Below are positions 61,101 to 64,000 of a DNA stretch of 64,000 nucleotides, in pieces. The notes below the pieces were generated by a model. That model was not told the DNA's origin. It saw only the letters and a list, made by a program, of their open reading frames with translations, and searched no databases. The stretch spans positions 606,220 to 670,219 of the forward strand of contig NW_002060957.1 of assembly GCF_000150275.1 (NCBI RefSeq). The letters are read 5' to 3'. The translations under genes and the position numbers were made by a program. This DNA comes from Trichoplax adhaerens (taxonomy: Eukaryota > Animalia > Placozoa). Position 1 is the stretch's first letter; every line of letters begins with the position of its first letter.

Positions 61101-64000
61101 ATTATTCAATTCACGAAAATAAAATTTAATTTATATATAAGTTTCCTACCTTTCCAGATGAGAATCTTTTTCAAAATGCGCTTTTAAATATGCTTTTATC
61201 ATGTATTTGACTTCCGATTTTGGAACAAACGTCCACTTGTGATTCTATTCCATGCAATTAGATAAGATTGTTAGCTATGTATGAAACTAGATAGAATAAT
61301 TGGTTGATACGGCAAGCATTGTAAGGGAATAGACATAAGATAATTAGATAATAATATATGAAACTAGATAAGATTACTACTTCCTATTTTTCCCGTTGAA
61401 AGAGACTAGGTTAGGTATTAGCTTAATTAAAGTAAACCCAAGAAGCAGTAGCGTTGATGATACCAGCATAGAAACTTTTCTTAAGAATTGAATTTAAAAA
61501 TTTTTTTTAATCATACCTGGACTTCATTAGGATATATAATGCCTGTTGAAGGTTGAACTTGAACTATTTCTTGATCGGATATATGAATACGCCATTGATA
61601 TCTAGAAAGAATCAAGGTTTTACGTTACTCTGATATTATATTGCTCATATCTGTAGATATTGACAACGGTAAATTAATGGGTTAGCATACCTGATTGGTA
61701 ATTTGGTTACATTTTTAATAGCATAATTTCGAGTTGATGCCGTTCCTAATCCGGTTGGCTTAAAGTATAGCGCACCCTAAATAGTATGAATGTGATAATA
61801 ATGACTAAATCACTCTGCGTGAGAATTTTTGAGCACAATCAATTGTTATTTTGCCGTACATCATTATCCAAATAGATTCTTGGTACTTCAGCAGCGCAAA
61901 TCACTTTCAAATTCTAGAAGATTTGAAAAATTTTGCATTTAGAATCTTACATTTTTTAAATCACTATGAAATGCGGTAATTCGAGTTTACTTGAATATGC
62001 TTCTCTGATTCATTAAATTTACACTTGATTGTCGACTTATAAATCTTATTTTCTTCAGGTCTTAATTTTAGAGATAAAATCTAAACAGAATCATGTATAA
62101 TCGTTAATATCTGGACGTAATATAAACGAGTGTATCATGATTAAAATTTCTAAGTAAGCGTGACTCATTGAACTACCTGATATTCTTTCTGCAATAGTCC
62201 TTTCCTTGGGATAATGGTAGTTAATCTAGATCATAGTACATATAAAATATTTTATTTAATGTTACAATAAAGATAAAATGTCTAGTATTTAAAATGATAA
62301 TAAAATAAATTAAGAACTTGCAATACCCTAATTGCTCTTCAAGAAATTCATAATCGATTGGATTAGAACCAGCATTACTTAATAGTAAAGTTCGATAAGA
62401 TTCTTCATTCGCACTGACGGTCGGAAAAATCTACATTGCGAAATAATCATGAGAAGTGAATTTATTATTTATCTTGATATCCTGACTTGCAGTTTTTGTT
62501 ATTTAGAAATCAAAATAATATTCCACTATTTAATTCTTGTTACCAATTCATGATTTTCAAATTTGTATCTTGGTAAATAGGTATCGACTGTAGATCTGAA
62601 TGTATGACCTAATTCGATAATCGATATTTAAAATAAGTCAAAGATATTTAAGGCTGATATTAATTTACGTCTATAATATTCATTACCTGAAAGTGTTACT
62701 GTCAAACACCAAGGTGGCATGATAGTATGATCGGTGACTAATCGATATTCTCTCATACTCTGCAAGAAATGTATTTCGATAATTACGATTATTTATTCAA
62801 CTAGTTTTGCAGATACTGCTTTGCCATCATTCTAGTAAATATTTTCTTACCTTGTAGCCAGCATAGCATTCTAATTCAGCTTCATAAAACTGATTAGGGG
62901 AGTTCTAAATTATCCAAATGGATACAGAAAGCAGAAATAATTTTGTTACTGCTTTCTTATATCATAGCATTTACCTTTAGCGATCTTATTAAAAGTTGAT
63001 TGATATACAATAGTTACTAAAGATTATTTATTTTACCGGTTTAAAAGTGACAACGAAAGAAGCAGATTTTAATGGTTGGATGGTGGTTACATCAGGAGTG
63101 ATCGAAAAGACATTCTGAATATCTATCAAAGAGATTGGACAAATTATGGCCGATTTATTATTTAGAACTAGATTTAGGTTTTATAAACCAGGTTAGAACA
63201 GACAAATAATGCATGCATAATATCTTACTAGTGATCCAGCAGCAACAAATTTTCCCTCTTGTATGATTTGCAATCGTAATATTCTGTCATAATGTAAATA
63301 AACAATCGATTTAGATCTTTATTAATTTGTACTATAATATTTGTGAAGGGTATAGATGCAAGATTAAATCAAAGGATAACTGACCCTTTGCTCGAATGAT
63401 TTTATATTTGGACATGATCCAAAATTGACTTGTTGCTGATCGAGGCTTACATGTGGAGATACAATCTGAAAGTTTTTGGTATAAATAAAAATATAAAACT
63501 AGGCCATCTATCATAGGAGACTGATCTATCCTAATAAAGTTTGAAATACCTTTTCAACATTATCCGCTAGATCAAAATATTCTTCTTGCGTTGTCAATGG
63601 AATATAGGGTCGTAAATAAGGCTCAAATGCTTCGGCTTCCTTTACCATAATAGCACCTTCACTATCCAAGCTTACTTTGCCTTCTTTTAGCATTTCGCTT
63701 AAAAACTAATTGATAAAGTAGCAAGACATTGGAAAATCTTGTTGTTATCCTATTAAAATCAAAATGCTTTGGCCTTGATACAATTAAAAAAATTGAGGGT
63801 TTATGTTACCTCTGGCGGGAAGATAGTAAGGCCTCTCTCTTCAAGCTTTCTGAATCTGTGTACATGTTTTGCATGTATCACGGCTAACGTATAATGAAGG
63901 AATTTTTAAGTAATTAAATACTCTAATATTATAACGAAAGGACGAAAAGATGATATAAAATTTCAGATATGAAACTGACCTGGTCTTTCCTGCTCCGTAA
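55129..64000 (-). CDS. CFAP65: Cilia- and flagella-associated protein 65 (CCDC108), 3' part; continues beyond the window end
   Basis: Dozens of short exons with ASH/Ig-like segments (DFGNVVVGS...ITISNSSKCNL, FNFGSAP, WAFLFPTD, PIQLVDIPDQ). C-terminus IESILENTVLNILTEASISEISLTNRPRVIALPP matches the CFAP65 tail. Confidence 0.88.

Overview
AT-rich, intron-dense animal genomic DNA, not prokaryotic. Short GT-AG introns and a KLC/NPHP3-type 42-aa TPR relic suggest a placozoan such as Trichoplax (inference). Recognisable genes: a long-form MRP/ABCC1-like transporter (-), prohibitin PHB1 (+), an intronless serine palmitoyltransferase small subunit (-), TCTE1/DRC5 (+) with an RFX X-box upstream, two tandem NT5C3 nucleotidase paralogues (-), a multi-exon ankyrin-repeat gene (+), a TPR pseudogene (+) and the 3' part of CFAP65 (-). 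The least explained feature is at 5.6-7.9 kb. Scattered minus-strand ORF fragments splice in phase into a ~390-400 aa orphan protein with a signal peptide and two copies of an unrecognised, probably helical, Cys-containing domain. Other observations: a candidate solo LTR, ~180-235 bp tandem arrays that sit in the three divergent promoter intervals, a palindrome-rich 46-bp minisatellite, and a GC-AG intron plus active-site divergence in one NT5C3 paralogue. No CRISPR, rRNA or tRNA was seen. All exon models were built by hand and need transcript confirmation.
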